A program made the translations under genes and the position numbers. Of a stretch of DNA of 64,000 nt, positions 48,501 to 57,462 are shown piece by piece. The notes beneath the pieces were generated by a model. It worked only from the letters and a program-made list of their open reading frames with translations. It had not been told where the DNA came from and did not search any database. Each line of letters opens with the position of its first letter. The first letter of the stretch is position 1. The stretch lies in the NCBI GenBank assembly GCA_965113315.1, contig OZ220369.1. One strand, given 5' to 3'. This stretch comes from Podarcis vaucheri (Eukaryota).

Positions 48501-51062
48501 GTAGGGCTAGAGAGAAATTGTTGCTTTTACAGATGCCAAAGGGTTTTGATCTGTAGCACTGAGTTCCATCCTAGAATGCCTTTTTTATGTGACACTCCAG
48601 CAGCAGACTATTTTTCCTGCTGAATAAATAACACCATAGAAGGCAGAGTTGGGGGAGAGAATATAAGCCATTCTCCTGCTCCCAGGAGCACTTTGGGGTG
48701 AGCTGATCTGATAGGAAGCAGTTTAATGAGTGCGCTTATAAGATTCCTTCGTCAGCGAGTTCTTCGGGAGAGGTGCTGTGATGCAGCCCGTGGGCTTTTT
48801 TGACTTCTGCAAATACTCTTGATTTCAGGCTAATCTAGACGAGAGCCAGATGAGTTCACCTACATTCCTTAGAGCTTTAATGACAGCAGTTTGTAAAGCC
48901 GCTATTATAGGTGAGTAATGTTCATCCATAAGTTTTGGACATGAAGCCATCAATATCTTTCCTCTGTTTTGCATGGAATTTGAATTCTTCACCACAGTCT
49001 CTTTTTAAACATGCTGTTTGCATGAAATGTCCCACTGATGAGACACAGATAATGAGCGACCAGAACAGGTCATGTTAATGTGTCTTCCATTCCAGGGATT
49101 TTTGGGATTCTCCAGATCCTTTTTTTCTGTGGATCCAATCCATATCATTTGGAAGCATACTATGGTTGGAAGAAGAGAAATCACCTACCATATTACCATT
49201 TCCACCAGTTGTTTTATATCCCGAGTTGTTCCATTAGAAAATATCAAGTGATAACTGTTCCAATGGCAGTTCTTCATTTTGAGGGTGTGTGTAAGGAGAT
49301 CTTTGAATTCTAGCCAGCAGTGGCCCCCATGGATTTGGGGCAGGGGTGGCAGTGAGAGTGTTGCCTTTTTGCCTTCCAGTTTCTGTGCATTAATCCTTTT
49401 TGTGCTTTTGTAGTGTAGCTGAATGGGGATTTAGTTGGCTAAAGTCCATGCTTGTGGCCACTTCAGAAGTTCAGTAAAGCTATGAGGGGAGAGGAGAACA
49501 TTAACACACCAGCTAATGAGTCCCTGCATATAGAAAACAAGTGTGTCAGGTTTCTGTCCTTCCTGACATGCTAGCTTTCTGTGTGCAGAGATATTGGGGG
49601 GATATGGAAGAGCATTCCACAATGTGAACCCCACTCCTGTAGTGTGAAGGGGTACCACCCAGTGAGAGTCAAGCCTAAATATTTTTAGATCCTAGATACA
49701 GGTAGTGATGTATTCCATCTTTTATATTTTTGGTACCTAAAATTGCAGGAGGTAGGATGAAGTGACACAGCATCTTCCTTTCAAAGCTTCTAATTTTTGG
49801 AAGATGAGCTGGTGAAATAAACCTTTCCAATTGCATACGCAGTCCAGACGTTGAAGAATGTCCAATTTCTGTTGCCGCTATCCCTTTTGCCTTGAATTGA
49901 GATTTGTCTGTGGAGACAGAGGATAGATAAGAGTTGCCTGCCTTCCTCCTTCCTCGCCAGCTTTTAACCAAATGCTGACATTGAATCTCTTCTCTTTTCT
50001 AGTGGACAGTTCTAGCTTGCGAGTGGACACTGCTGTTATCAAGCAGAGAGTGCCGATCTTACTTAAGTACCTAGACGCGGACACAGAGAAGGAACTACAA
50101 GCACTTTACGCACTACAAGCATCAATAGTAAAACTTGATCAACCTCCGAGTAAGTGTACTCAGGGTCAGGGTGGTCTTTGGGCCTTGGTCCCTTGAATTG
50201 GGCTTGTGTAAAATAGGACGGAACATGATGCGCTGTCACTGGCTGTAGGGCCATTTGCTGGTGCCCCAAAGCCAATTTATACTAGATTTTCTTGGGGTGC
50301 ATCATTTTGCTTTTGTTCAGGATGAATAAGGGCCACAGAAAATCCTCCTGAGTTTGAATGTGGCTCCCAGTCAGCAACCAAAAAAGGCAGCCCTCTGTTT
50401 CCAGTTTCTCTGTTTCCAGTCCCATTATCCTTGTCATCCAGAGAAATGGAGGAAATGTCAAGTATATAGCAATTTCCCCTCAGTTTTATATCATCCACGT
50501 ATTATTTATTTATCTATCTATCTGAAAGCTTTTTGCAGTGTTGGGAGCCTGGATTCTAAACCTGCCCTGGTGCAGGATTAGCCCACGCCATCTGAACAAA
50601 AACCTACCCACTGTGGAGCCCTAGAAAGACCTCTCACCTGGGAGTGGCTTCCAAGAGAGCCCTCTGAGCTCTGAAGAGCAATGATATTTGTGTTTCATTG
50701 GCTCCCTGATTGAGGAAGGACTAAAAGGGGTCAGACGGAGTAAATTTATAAAATATAAGTGGAGGGTTGGGTTGAAGGCTCAGCACACTGCAATTCACAT
50801 TTTGAACTGAGCTTGCTAGCCAGTCGTGTCTGCTTTGGCTGCTGTCCAGGGGGGAGTGTTCACCTCTTCCTTTCCTTCCTCCGCAGATTTGTTACGGATG
50901 TTTTTTGATTGCCTGTATGATGAGGAGGTGATATCAGAGGATGCCTTCTACAAGTGGGAAAGCAGCAAAGACCCAGCGGAACAGAATGGGAAAGGCGTAG
51001 CATTAAAATCGGTCACGGCATTCTTCACATGGCTACGAGAAGCCGAAGAGGAGTCGGAGGAT
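440..51062 (+). CDS. EIF4G3: EIF4G3 (eIF4GII), multi-exon gene; 5' end outside window, stop codon inside N gap
   Basis: Spliced exons translate to recognisable eIF4GII: [21 protein letters not shown]..., [26 protein letters not shown] (PABP site), YDREFLL (eIF4E site), [18 protein letters not shown] (MIF4G), MA3, and W2 ending [14 protein letters not shown]. All introns are GT-AG with matching phases; 4782 nt (1594 codons) from ATG 10787 to 51062 without cassettes. Confidence 0.98.
2982..3056. repeat. CT-rich low-complexity tract
   Basis: Imperfect (CT)n. Confidence 0.8.
3635..3751. mobile_element. Palindromic MITE-like element (family A)
   Basis: 49-bp imperfect inverted arms (33/49 identical by hand), GGG...CCC termini. 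Confidence 0.7.
4853..4985 (+). mobile_element. tRNA-Ile-derived SINE with CR1-derived tail
   Basis: Head GGTTAGAGCATGGTGCTGATAATGCCAAG resembles tRNA-Ile; tail GCAGGATGTTGAACTAGATGATCCTCAGGGTCTCTTCCAACTCT resembles the CR1 3' end at ~39968-40011. Confidence 0.75.
6607..6780 (+). mobile_element. Degenerate copy of the same SINE family
   Basis: CTGCCTGAGACCCTGCAGAG...GGCTGACTCCGGAAGAGGCAGCT resembles the family body; another partial copy at ~38070-38195. Confidence 0.45.
8758..8787. repeat. (CA)n microsatellite, interrupted
   Basis: acacacacctcgcacacacacacacacaca. Confidence 0.85.
10721..10816 (+). CDS. EIF4G3: EIF4G3 exon with canonical ATG (10787): [32 protein letters not shown]
   Basis: Pyrimidine tract plus cag|, ccg|gtaagg; 96 nt; matches the mammalian start MNSQPQTRSP. 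Confidence 0.93.
14918..14953 (+). CDS. EIF4G3: EIF4G3 36-nt cassette exon [12 protein letters not shown]
   Basis: Long U/UG tract, ctgac branch point at 14864-14868, ctcag| and cag|gtacag; phase 0-0; resembles the mammalian alternative FAAGPRPPHHQ insert (recalled). Confidence 0.85.
19160..19180 (+). CDS. EIF4G3: EIF4G3 21-nt neuronal microexon GGFRPIQ
   Basis: ttgaag|GGAGGATTCAGACCCATCCAG|gtaact; phase 0-0; same peptide as the known eIF4G3 microexon; UGC motifs upstream and TGCATG downstream. Confidence 0.92.
19803..19982 (+). CDS. EIF4G3: EIF4G3 exon FFQRPQ...PQYCIPQ (180 nt)
   Basis: ctccag| ... cag|gtaagg; 60 codons. Confidence 0.97.
20577..20771 (-). mobile_element. Same tRNA(Cys-like) SINE family, antisense
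   Basis: CTAGCTCAGTATTGTCTACACTGACTGGCAGC and CTTCTGCATGCCAAGCAG are reverse complements of the family body and head. Confidence 0.8.
20864..20984. mobile_element. Palindromic MITE-like element (family A)
   Basis: GGGACTGTATCCAGC...TACTCAGAGTAGACCCAT...CTCTGAGCA...GTTGGATACAACCC. Confidence 0.75.
21350..21464 (+). CDS. EIF4G3: EIF4G3 exon YRHSGPP...FPNAY (115 nt)
   Basis: tttcag| ... tatg|gtaaga. Confidence 0.97.
22923..23026 (+). CDS. EIF4G3: EIF4G3 exon (G)APFYPTPP...AKREKKT (104 nt)
   Basis: ttgcag| ... acg|gtaaga; first half of the PABP-binding motif. Confidence 0.97.
23543..23665 (+). CDS. EIF4G3: EIF4G3 exon [20 protein letters not shown]...PTPPQ (PABP-binding, 123 nt)
   Basis: ttccag| ... 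cag|gtaact. Confidence 0.98.
24333..24441 (+). CDS. EIF4G3: EIF4G3 exon [11 protein letters not shown]...SDLKQ (109 nt; tandem CAGCAG acceptor)
   Basis: cccag|cag|ctg; caag|gtgggt. Confidence 0.95.
25837..25864. repeat. (AAT)n microsatellite
   Basis: About 9 perfect units. Confidence 0.95.
27667..28521 (+). CDS. EIF4G3: EIF4G3 large Pro/Glu/Ser-rich exon (855 nt, phase 1-1)
   Basis: ccccag|aagagaagcct... ([15 protein letters not shown]...[13 protein letters not shown]...NSKKGPGA) gcag|gtgagt; overlaps ORF 27750-28568. Confidence 0.96.
32160..32248 (+). CDS. EIF4G3: EIF4G3 exon [16 protein letters not shown]...EAEPE (89 nt)
   Basis: ttgtag| ... gag|gtaagg; similar to mammalian AQIAITVPKTWKKPKD. 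Confidence 0.93.
33111..33363 (+). CDS. EIF4G3: EIF4G3 exon PKAEVEPGG...CQYKP (253 nt)
   Basis: tttcag| ... ccag|gtaagt; contains [13 protein letters not shown]. Confidence 0.95.
33502..33664 (+). mobile_element. tRNA(Cys-like)-derived SINE
   Basis: A box TAGCTCAGTGG, CTGCTTTGCATGCAG anticodon-like arm, degenerate B box, body GTCAGTGTAGA..ATACTGA.CTAGA, tail CTTCCTATGTTCCTATG. Confidence 0.8.
34864..34997 (+). CDS. EIF4G3: EIF4G3 exon with eIF4E-binding motif YDREFLL (34902-34922)
   Basis: ttacag| ... aag|gtatgg; YxxxxLphi consensus; 134 nt. Confidence 0.97.
35526..35645 (+). CDS. EIF4G3: EIF4G3 exon [14 protein letters not shown]...GGRGAP (120 nt)
   Basis: atacag| ... cct|gtaagt. Confidence 0.97.
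36382..36492 (+). CDS. EIF4G3: EIF4G3 111-nt cassette exon [37 protein letters not shown]
   Basis: Strong pyrimidine tract plus ttacag|, ggg|gtaagc; 37 codons, phase 0-0, no stop; resembles a recalled mammalian 37-aa insert (xCKVQ...CP.LV.SHP....L..G). Confidence 0.8.
38326..38496 (+). CDS. EIF4G3: EIF4G3 exon LLNVGQRR...SIKTQ (171 nt)
   Basis: tcttag| ... cag|gtgagg. Confidence 0.97.
39344..39541 (+). CDS. EIF4G3: EIF4G3 MIF4G exon [15 protein letters not shown]...CRCLVT (198 nt)
   Basis: cttcag| ... acg|gtaagt. Confidence 0.98.
39627..40029 (+). mobile_element. CR1 LINE 3' fragment (end of ORF2 plus 3'UTR)
   Basis: Peptide [23 protein letters not shown]...[30 protein letters not shown] is the typical CR1 ORF2 C-terminus; ends in the CR1 (ATTCTATG)n tail. 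Confidence 0.95.
40522..40668 (+). CDS. EIF4G3: EIF4G3 MIF4G exon LKVPMADK...LEAATT (147 nt)
   Basis: acacag| ... acg|gtgagt. Confidence 0.98.
40823..41059 (+). CDS. EIF4G3: EIF4G3 MIF4G exon PEERTRL...DFEKAK (237 nt)
   Basis: cctcag| ... aag|gttaga. Confidence 0.98.
41547..41651 (+). CDS. EIF4G3: EIF4G3 MIF4G exon PRMDQYF...IDLRQ (105 nt)
   Basis: ctctag| ... cag|gtacgt. Confidence 0.98.
42007..42139 (+). CDS. EIF4G3: EIF4G3 exon CNWVSRR...EKRRP (133 nt)
   Basis: ccacag| ... cctg|gtaagt. Confidence 0.98.
42611..42705 (+). CDS. EIF4G3: EIF4G3 exon (G)[12 protein letters not shown]...KITK (95 nt)
   Basis: ttgcag| ... aag|gtttgt. Confidence 0.97.
43141..43234 (+). CDS. EIF4G3: EIF4G3 exon PTIDEKIQL...KASEI (94 nt)
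   Basis: tttcag| ... attg|gtgagt. Confidence 0.97.
43387..43508. mobile_element. Degenerate family A MITE
   Basis: Same length and layout; CATTAAATTCAGTGGATTTACTTTGGG resembles the right arm. Confidence 0.5.
43850..44176 (-). mobile_element. CR1 LINE 3' fragment, antisense
   Basis: Reverse complement resembles the CR1 at 39627 (ttccactgtcgaacagctct, aaacatacccaacctcctaaactgttcctcataagg). Confidence 0.85.
44421..44538 (+). CDS. EIF4G3: EIF4G3 exon (D)[16 protein letters not shown]...RALT(S) (118 nt)
   Basis: ttgcag| ... ctag|gtaagt; conserved NRFSAL motif. Confidence 0.96.
44889..45112 (+). CDS. EIF4G3: EIF4G3 exon [10 protein letters not shown]...KAKET (224 nt)
   Basis: ccacag| ... actg|gtgagc; contains [17 protein letters not shown]. 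Confidence 0.96.
45531..45646 (+). CDS. EIF4G3: EIF4G3 exon (A)KPEIS...HINDYK, start of MA3 (116 nt)
   Basis: taacag| ... aag|gtaagg. Confidence 0.97.
45880..46052 (+). CDS. EIF4G3: EIF4G3 MA3 exon EAMQCVEEL...DFFK(G) (173 nt)
   Basis: ggacag| ... aaggg|gttggt. Confidence 0.96.
46210..46335 (+). CDS. EIF4G3: EIF4G3 MA3 exon FADTLET...MRELL(T) (126 nt)
   Basis: ccttag| ... gac|gtaagc; contains [15 protein letters not shown]. Confidence 0.97.
47128..47209 (+). CDS. EIF4G3: EIF4G3 exon EFSKPLL...LCKQM (82 nt)
   Basis: ttgcag| ... atg|gtaagt. Confidence 0.97.
47724..47822 (+). CDS. EIF4G3: EIF4G3 exon SHKKVAALW...FLMEQ (99 nt)
   Basis: ttctag| ... cag|gtgagt. Confidence 0.97.
48081..48227 (+). 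CDS. EIF4G3: EIF4G3 exon KLDFTE...FDWVE, start of W2 (147 nt)
   Basis: ctgtag| ... gag|gtacaa. Confidence 0.97.
48829..48910 (+). CDS. EIF4G3: EIF4G3 W2 exon ANLDESQM...KAAII (82 nt)
   Basis: tttcag| ... atag|gtgagt. Confidence 0.97.
50003..50149 (+). CDS. EIF4G3: EIF4G3 W2 exon (V)DSSSLRVD...DQPP (147 nt)
   Basis: ttctag| ... ccga|gtaagt. Confidence 0.97.
50887..51062 (+). CDS. EIF4G3: EIF4G3 last coding exon (N)LLRMFFD...[11 protein letters not shown], cut by gap
   Basis: ccgcag|; W2 acidic/aromatic boxes (Mnk-binding C-terminus); runs into Ns. Confidence 0.97.
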
Positions 51063-51200
51063 NNNNNNNNNNNNNNNNNNNNNNNNNNNNNNNNNNNNNN
51101 NNNNNNNNNNNNNNNNNNNNNNNNNNNNNNNNNNNNNNNNNNNNNNNNNNNNNNNNNNNNNNNNNNNNNNNNNNNNNNNNNNNNNNNNNNNNNNNNNNNN
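51063..51200. other. Assembly gap (138 N)
   Basis: Run of n characters. Confidence 1.
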
Positions 51201-52030
51201 CCCCCCTTCCCCCACATGTGCACGAGTGGGAGAGGAGACAAAAAACCGATATAAACGCAAAGGCGATCATGGAGGACAAAAAGTACTTGAAAATTCAAGT
51301 CCACTTCAAACCTGAGGGCAGGAGCACTAAACCAAAATACATCTATTTATAGAAAAATATTTTCTGTTTTAATCTTTTATTTTTCCTTTTTAAACAAGGA
51401 CTCCTACTTTAAAAAGAAACAAATCTCTTTAGACAAAAAGTGAGAACTTTAATTTATTATTTTAAGAACTGCAAATGTCAGTGTAATTTTTAAATTTGCA
51501 GTTTCTGTAGCAAATTGTATAATAGACAAAAAAAACCACAGATAAATAAATTTCCCTCCCTTTTCAGAGCCACCTCAGTTTTGTTTCAAAGCACGGTATC
51601 TGTGTATTAAATTCTAAAGGGGTTTGGGAATGAACTAGGATGAGGGAGATGATGTTTTTTTTTTCCTTTTTAAAAAAAAGTTCATTTTTTTTCCCGCCTG
51701 CCTCTCAGCTTGCTTTCCACAATTTAAAAAAAATCAAAAGCAACAAAGCATAACCTTGGAGCTGAAGGAAAACCGCGTTTGAGAAAACGGCTGTGGACCA
51801 GACTGCTTGGAAAAATAACTTGCTCAAAGCAAAACAGTGCTATCCTGGAGAAAGAAGAAAAAAGCAGCAGCAAAAAGTACTAGTGATACTTTCAGAACCT
51901 TTAGAGCAACTTTAAGGCTTGTAAATACATAGAACAAATATTTAAAAAAAGAAAGAAATTGACTCGATACTATTTCTTTTCACTTTCAAAATATAAAGAA
52001 CAAAATAAAGACAAACCTTGCAAGTTTAAA
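51201..52030 (+). other. EIF4G3: EIF4G3 3'UTR with poly(A) signals (AATAAA 51545-51550, ATTAAA 51606-51611, AATAAA 52004-52009)
   Basis: AU-rich sequence right after the last exon; hexamers read directly; the actual 3' end is inferred. Confidence 0.75.
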
Positions 52031-54665
52031 AGCACAAGAAAGTGGCTTCTTTTGATGGCAGCTTTGAAGGTGCCTGGCCCCCTCAAGCCATGGCATGCTG
52101 CCTCCCTCGGAGGGGGGGGGCATTAACATTCCTGACCTGAACTGCCCCCCGTGGCTTGTTTGCCCAAATCTATTGGGCAAGCAGGGAGGGAGGAAGTTAA
52201 AGCAGTAAATAAAGAGGAGGTGGGTCACTCTTTGGGAAAGGTTTTGTTACGGATGGATTTTCTGTGCGGCAAGCCAAAGTATGTTCACCAACCTTTGCAC
52301 CCTGCTGCAGGTGGTTTACAATGTGCAGGAAGAGTCAGTACGGCTGCAGCTTCCTTGTGAGCATTATCCTCCAATAAGGTGCTTCTTAAATCTCTTACAC
52401 CTCCCGCCTGCCCTTAGGGGGAGTGTGTTGCTTTCCCTCCCTTCGAGGTGAAAGGAGTGTACATAATGTGGTTAATGGTTCGCGGTGTCAGAATTTCTGC
52501 TTGGCCAATTTTATCCGGTTCGGGGTGTGTATGTGTGCTATGTCCACACATCCCAATACACCTCCACGAAGCTTTTTCCATTTGTAGATTGTTCTCCGTA
52601 AGGCACCTTCTCCATCTGAATAAGCTTGATCTCTGTTGGCCACCTGAGATAACCAGCTGCTGTCTCTCCCTGTGATGGCTCATCTGCTCTTAAATGAGCC
52701 ATCCCTCTGGCTGCTTTTTGCAATTTGTGGAAGTCTAGGATGGCCTCGCCTTGTCATTCCAAAAGAAAATGCAAAATAAGCCTTGTTTTACTTCATTTGT
52801 TACGGGGTTGCTGTGTTTACATGTGATCACCGGAAACTGAAAACTGCTTAAGTGTTGCTGGGGAGGCTTCTGCAGGCTTTACTCTGATCGTGCTTCAAGG
52901 CAAGTCAGGCTGAGGGGGTGCATTTCCAAAGCCGCCTTCCTTGGGTTGGCTCCAGAGAATCTTCTCACTATGTACGGTATTTCCCCCTCTTAATTTTTTT
53001 TTTTTTAAACGGTGCAGGAACACTGAGCTCTGCTCCTGACCCTGCCTTCTTCAGCCAAGGAGTGACTGGCTCAAGGCCGCTCACCTTTCCATAAGATGAA
53101 AATTCTACTGCAGCAGCGGCATGAAGAAGCATTGTTACATCTTCTGTATGGAAAATGGGTGTGATTCAAATTGTTTGCTGCTGAAACTAGTAGTAACAGA
53201 AAAGGAGTTGAGAGTTTTTGTCTTTTTCACTGGGAGCTTGGCAGGGTCCCCGTTACTCTTCACAGCATTGTTAGAAATGAAGACCTGGTTTTCTCTGAGC
53301 AAGCAGGTGCCAGTCCTGCTAGCATGTTATTTATTCCAGTAAGGTTGACAACTTTGTCCCTGCCTGGCATTGGTCAATGTTCTTATGGCAAAGTTAGTGG
53401 AGATAAGTAAGTGGGTCCACACTCGCTTCCTTTGAAAGGGAATTGTTTAACCTGTTAAGTATTCAAGGGAGTGCCTAGTTGTCGTAGTCCAGAGGTGACT
53501 CCAGTAACAAAAATGCCTGGAATAAGGTTTTCTCTTCGTTCACTATTGTAAAGCAAGCTGTGTGGAACTTGGTCACTTCCTCACTCAGATTACTTGGGTT
53601 GAAATGTCCCTTTATGAAGCTCTATCAGCAATTGCAATAACAGCCAGTTGAAAGCTTGCAACAGCAACAAAAGCTTTAAGTTCAAAGTCTGACTAAAAGT
53701 AAATTAGCTGGAGAGTCCTAGGCTTAGAACTTTGCAACCATCATATAATCTCAAAAGTGTTAGTAGTCATGATTGGAGGGCGGGGTTGTTGTTTTTTTGT
53801 ATGTCTGGGTTTTATTTTTACTTTTCTACCACAGAGGTAATGGGAACAGGTGTAGCAGACTACTATCTACACTGTATGTGCCGTGTTGGAAGGGTAGATG
53901 TCATTTTGCACTACATTTTGAGACTACAGAATTATGCCATGTTGTTAGTTGCAGGGTGTGAACTTTTCCTTTGTATGCAAGTAGAACCAAGAAACATATT
54001 CCTTCTTTCTTTCTTTTTTGGAACAGATGGTGCACTCGAACCCAACATTACTCTGAATATGTTACCCTTGCTTTTTTATTTCTGCATGCTGTATGGCATT
54101 CATTTCCTATCTGTGGATCTGGAAAATAATTAACACTGGTTGGATATCATGGGCAAACATCCCATTTTGCCAGCAGTCTCTGACCATACACCTGAAGCAG
54201 TGCCCTAGTTCTTAGCCTGTTCCACAGAAGCACAAGACCTACGGTCAGAAATGAATACGCTTTTAGTTGGAAATTCTGTACTGTGTGTATTTTGAGGAAA
54301 GGGTTCTCCTTCCTCATAAGCAGTAAGCCCAAAGAAGTTAGGTTTCCAGGCCAAGACTTGCAAAGCCCTGGGGTGAAGTTGGGGCATTTAAAGCAGGGGT
54401 ACAGGTGCACAGGCTTCCAGCAGGGCCTACAAGCTGACCCAGGCAGCTGCCTTGCAAAGAGTGTCACAGACATTTGCTAATTTCACAGTTGGCACCTACA
54501 GGTATTTGTCTTCTACAGCACTTCCTTGGGAATTCCCACACTGTTTGCTTCAGGCAACCCAAGTCCATTGTGTGTGTGTGAGCATTTTGCATCATTTTCT
54601 CCTTTCAACTCCTGGGGGCTGGCAGCCACCTTATTGCAAGAAGCTAAAAAATATAGAAGTTGCTT

Positions 54666-54690
54666 GTGGTGGTGGTGGTGGCGGCGGTGG
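54666..54690. repeat. (GGT/GGC)n triplet tract
   Basis: gtggtggtggtggtggcggcggtgg. Confidence 0.8.
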
Positions 54691-55699
54691 CTGTGAAAGG
54701 ATTTTAATTAAGCCACAGCCACATTCAAACACTTAGAGCTATTGAACAGTTTGGGTGTTTTAGAAGTGGCACAGTTTGCTTCAGTTAAAATGGCACAGCC
54801 TCCTGTGGCTCTGCTGTTTGGTTTTTAGAATTTTACAGCTGAAGGAAGCAGGTCTGAAGAAATGGGAGTATTGATAGAGAAGTGAGCAGAACATGCAAAA
54901 GTACATGCCAAAGTTATTAATACTAACTGGCTTTAAAGCCTGCATTTCTGGGTTTTGATTCAGCTTAGCAACAATGACTTCTGTGTGTATTGAAAGAGAA
55001 AGAGAGAGCAGCTTTGGGTCAGGAAGCTTCGAGTCCTTTTTAAAAATGGTTCTATGAAAAGTACTGATGTCAACAGAGCCGTCATAAACAATGGGCTTCT
55101 ATGCGTGTGCGCACACACCAAAAGACTCTCACCCTGCCTAACATTCTTCACTAATTCCAGCTTACCATGAAGGTAAAAGCTGCTTCCTTTACAAATCTTG
55201 CTGGGAACAGGCAGAATTGATCCTCCTTGAGTTTGGACAGGGATGGGGAACCAGTAGCCTTACAGGTGATGTTGCTAGACTCCAAGCTCCCAGCAGGCTC
55301 ACAGGTGAGGGATGATGGGGGTGGTGCAGTCCCCCCAATCCTGCACTTCATCTTCCAGTTCCTCCAACCTTTCTAAAGAAGCAGGCAGGTGGCATTTCTG
55401 CATGAAAGCATGGTGGGTTGAGGCAGATTCCCCACAGCTTTTGCAGTTTCAGCAAAATTAAAGCACTCTGGGAGCAGAGGGGAAATTGGCAATTCCTGTT
55501 CGGCTAACAAAAGTCATAGATAGTTTCCAAGTAGATTAGAGCAGACTGGCTGGAATAATGAGCCTGCTCAAGAGAGGGAATAGCATTGAATACAGCCTCC
55601 TCTTTACAATGGGTCTGGCCCAGATTGCACTAAGCTTTTGCCAAATTTCTGGGCTTATCGTTTGCTGCCTTTGGCCAGAGAGTGATTGATTTCATTTTT

Positions 55700-55810
55700 A
55701 TCTCACCTTTCCTCCACGTGGTGTACATAGTTCTCTCTATTTTATCCTCACAGCAGCCCTGTGAGGTGGGTTAGGCTGAGAGTGAACAACTGGCCCAAGA
55801 TCACCCACTT
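55700..55810 (-). mobile_element. CORE/MIR-like SINE fragment
   Basis: TTTATCCTCACAGCAGCCCTGTGAGGTGGGTTAGGCTGAGAG...TGGCCCAAGATCACCCA. Confidence 0.65.
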
Positions 55811-55911
55811 GAATGGTGAAAATGGCATGCGCCATCTTGAGCAGAAGCTGGAAAGTGGTGGTGTTGGGTGGAGGAAGCCTTGTTAATGCCAATTTGTTTG
55901 TTTATAAAAGA

Positions 55912-56026
55912 GGCTGGATCCAGCTTAAGTCTGGCTCAGAGCAAACCCACTGAAATGAATGACCCTAAATTGGCCAAGCCCCATAAATGTCAATGGTCAA
56001 CTCTTGAGTAGGACTAGGAAGAACCC
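55912..56026. mobile_element. Degenerate family A MITE
   Basis: GGCTGGATCCAGC...CTCAGAGCAAACCCACTGAAATGAATG...TCAATGGTCAACTCTTGAGTAGGACTAG. Confidence 0.55.
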
Positions 56027-56039
56027 AAGGCCATTGTAG

Positions 56040-56840
56040 TGCTGGAGAAGGTGCAGGAAGATCCAGGGGCTGGAGCAATTCCTGTGTGAGGGAAAGCTGC
56101 AACATTTCGGGCTTTTTTAAGTGTAGAAAAATTGTAAGGGGGAAATTATAGAGGGGTATAAAAGTATGCAATGGGACACAGGTGGCGCTGTGGGTTAAAC
56201 CACAGAGCCTAGGACTTGCCTCCCTGCTCCTGCCAACCTAGCAGTTCGAAAGCACGTCAAAGTGCAAGTAGATAAATAGGAACCGCTCTGGCGGGAAGGT
56301 AAACGGCGTTCCCGTGCACTGCTCTGGTTCGCCAGAAGCGGCTTAGTCATGCTGGCCACATGACCCAGAAGCTGTCTGCGGACAAACGCCGGCTCCCTCC
56401 GCCCATAGAGCGAGATGAGCGCCGCAACCCCAGTCGGTCACGACTGGACCTAATGGTCAGGGGTCCCTTTACCTTTACCTATAAAAGTATGCATGGGGTG
56501 AAGAGAGAGAGGAGTCTTTCCTCCCTCATAATAGTAGAACCAAAAAAGAGCCATCCAGTGAGGCTGACTGTTGGAAGATTCACGACAGACGAAAAGAAAT
56601 AATTAAACTATGGAACTTAATGCCACAAGATGCAGTGATGGCTACCAACTTGGATGGCTTTAGCAGAGGATTATTTTAATTAAGTCAGTGGCCATTGTAT
56701 GGCTTTGAATCCAAGTCACGAGCGAGCACAGGTGAGGAGTGAGTGAGGAGAGTGCTGGCTTTTGCACCCAGGTCCTGCATGTGGGCTTCTCTTTTGGGGC
56801 CTCTGGTTGGCCCCTAATAGAACAGGATGGTGGAATAGAT
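56040..56840 (+). mobile_element. Old degenerate CR1 fragment interrupted by the Sauria SINE
   Basis: CR1-like ORF2 end on both sides of the SINE (gaggggtataaaagtatgca...; ggaagattcacgacagacgaaaagaaat; gccacaagatgcagtgatggctaccaacttggatggcttt). Confidence 0.65.
56173..56479 (+). mobile_element. Sauria SINE (lacertid type), internally deleted, 14-bp TSD
   Basis: GGGACACAGGTGGCGCTGTGGGTTAAACC head, GTGCAAGTAGATAAATAGG core, (ACCTTT)n tail; flanked by TATAAAAGTATGCA at 56157-56170 and 56480-56493. Confidence 0.95.
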
Positions 56841-57462
56841 TTATCAAAACGTATATTTTGCCCTTCCTCTCTGTTAACAATCATAGAAATCTACAATAAA
56901 ACCTGGGAAACACTTACAGCAGCTAAAGGAGAGAACATCACAAAAAATTGCCTCCTTTGCATATGGGAGGGTTTGCTTTTAATGGCCATGGCTCAGTCAG
57001 TCAGCAGATTAAGATGAGATTCTGCTGCCCATGGGGTGGTTTTACTCCTTAATTCTGCCAAATAAGATATATGTGGTAGTGGCTCTTTTTTCAGATTGAT
57101 GAAGCCCCATCTTGCATCTTTCAGTGCAGGAGGTTAGAAATGTTAAAACAAATTATATATTAAATGTCGGAGAATAGCTTGCAAGGTGCTGGTAGACATT
57201 TGGAGAGGGTACCTCATCTCCCTATCCCAGACTTCCAAAATGTCCTAATTCAAGGTTTCCTGCATTACAACCAGCTGTCCGATAATAGAAGATGCTTGTC
57301 TATCCCAGCAAGGTAGTACCTGTGGTATTGAGATGGTTCCACCAGCAGCTGAGAGCAAGAGATGGAACCTCCACTTTCAGGTGCAGTGTACCTTAGTACT
57401 AGCTTGGCTTGAGTATACTCCTGTTCATGTAGGGTGTTGAAGGCACCTAGATGGCCTCACTC

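Noticed and set aside
49030-49110. Possible intronic C/D snoRNA (paralogs EIF4G1 and EIF4G2 host snoRNAs); CTGATGA seen here
   Set aside because: No D box with terminal stem at a suitable distance and no recognisable guide; an Infernal/Rfam scan would settle it.
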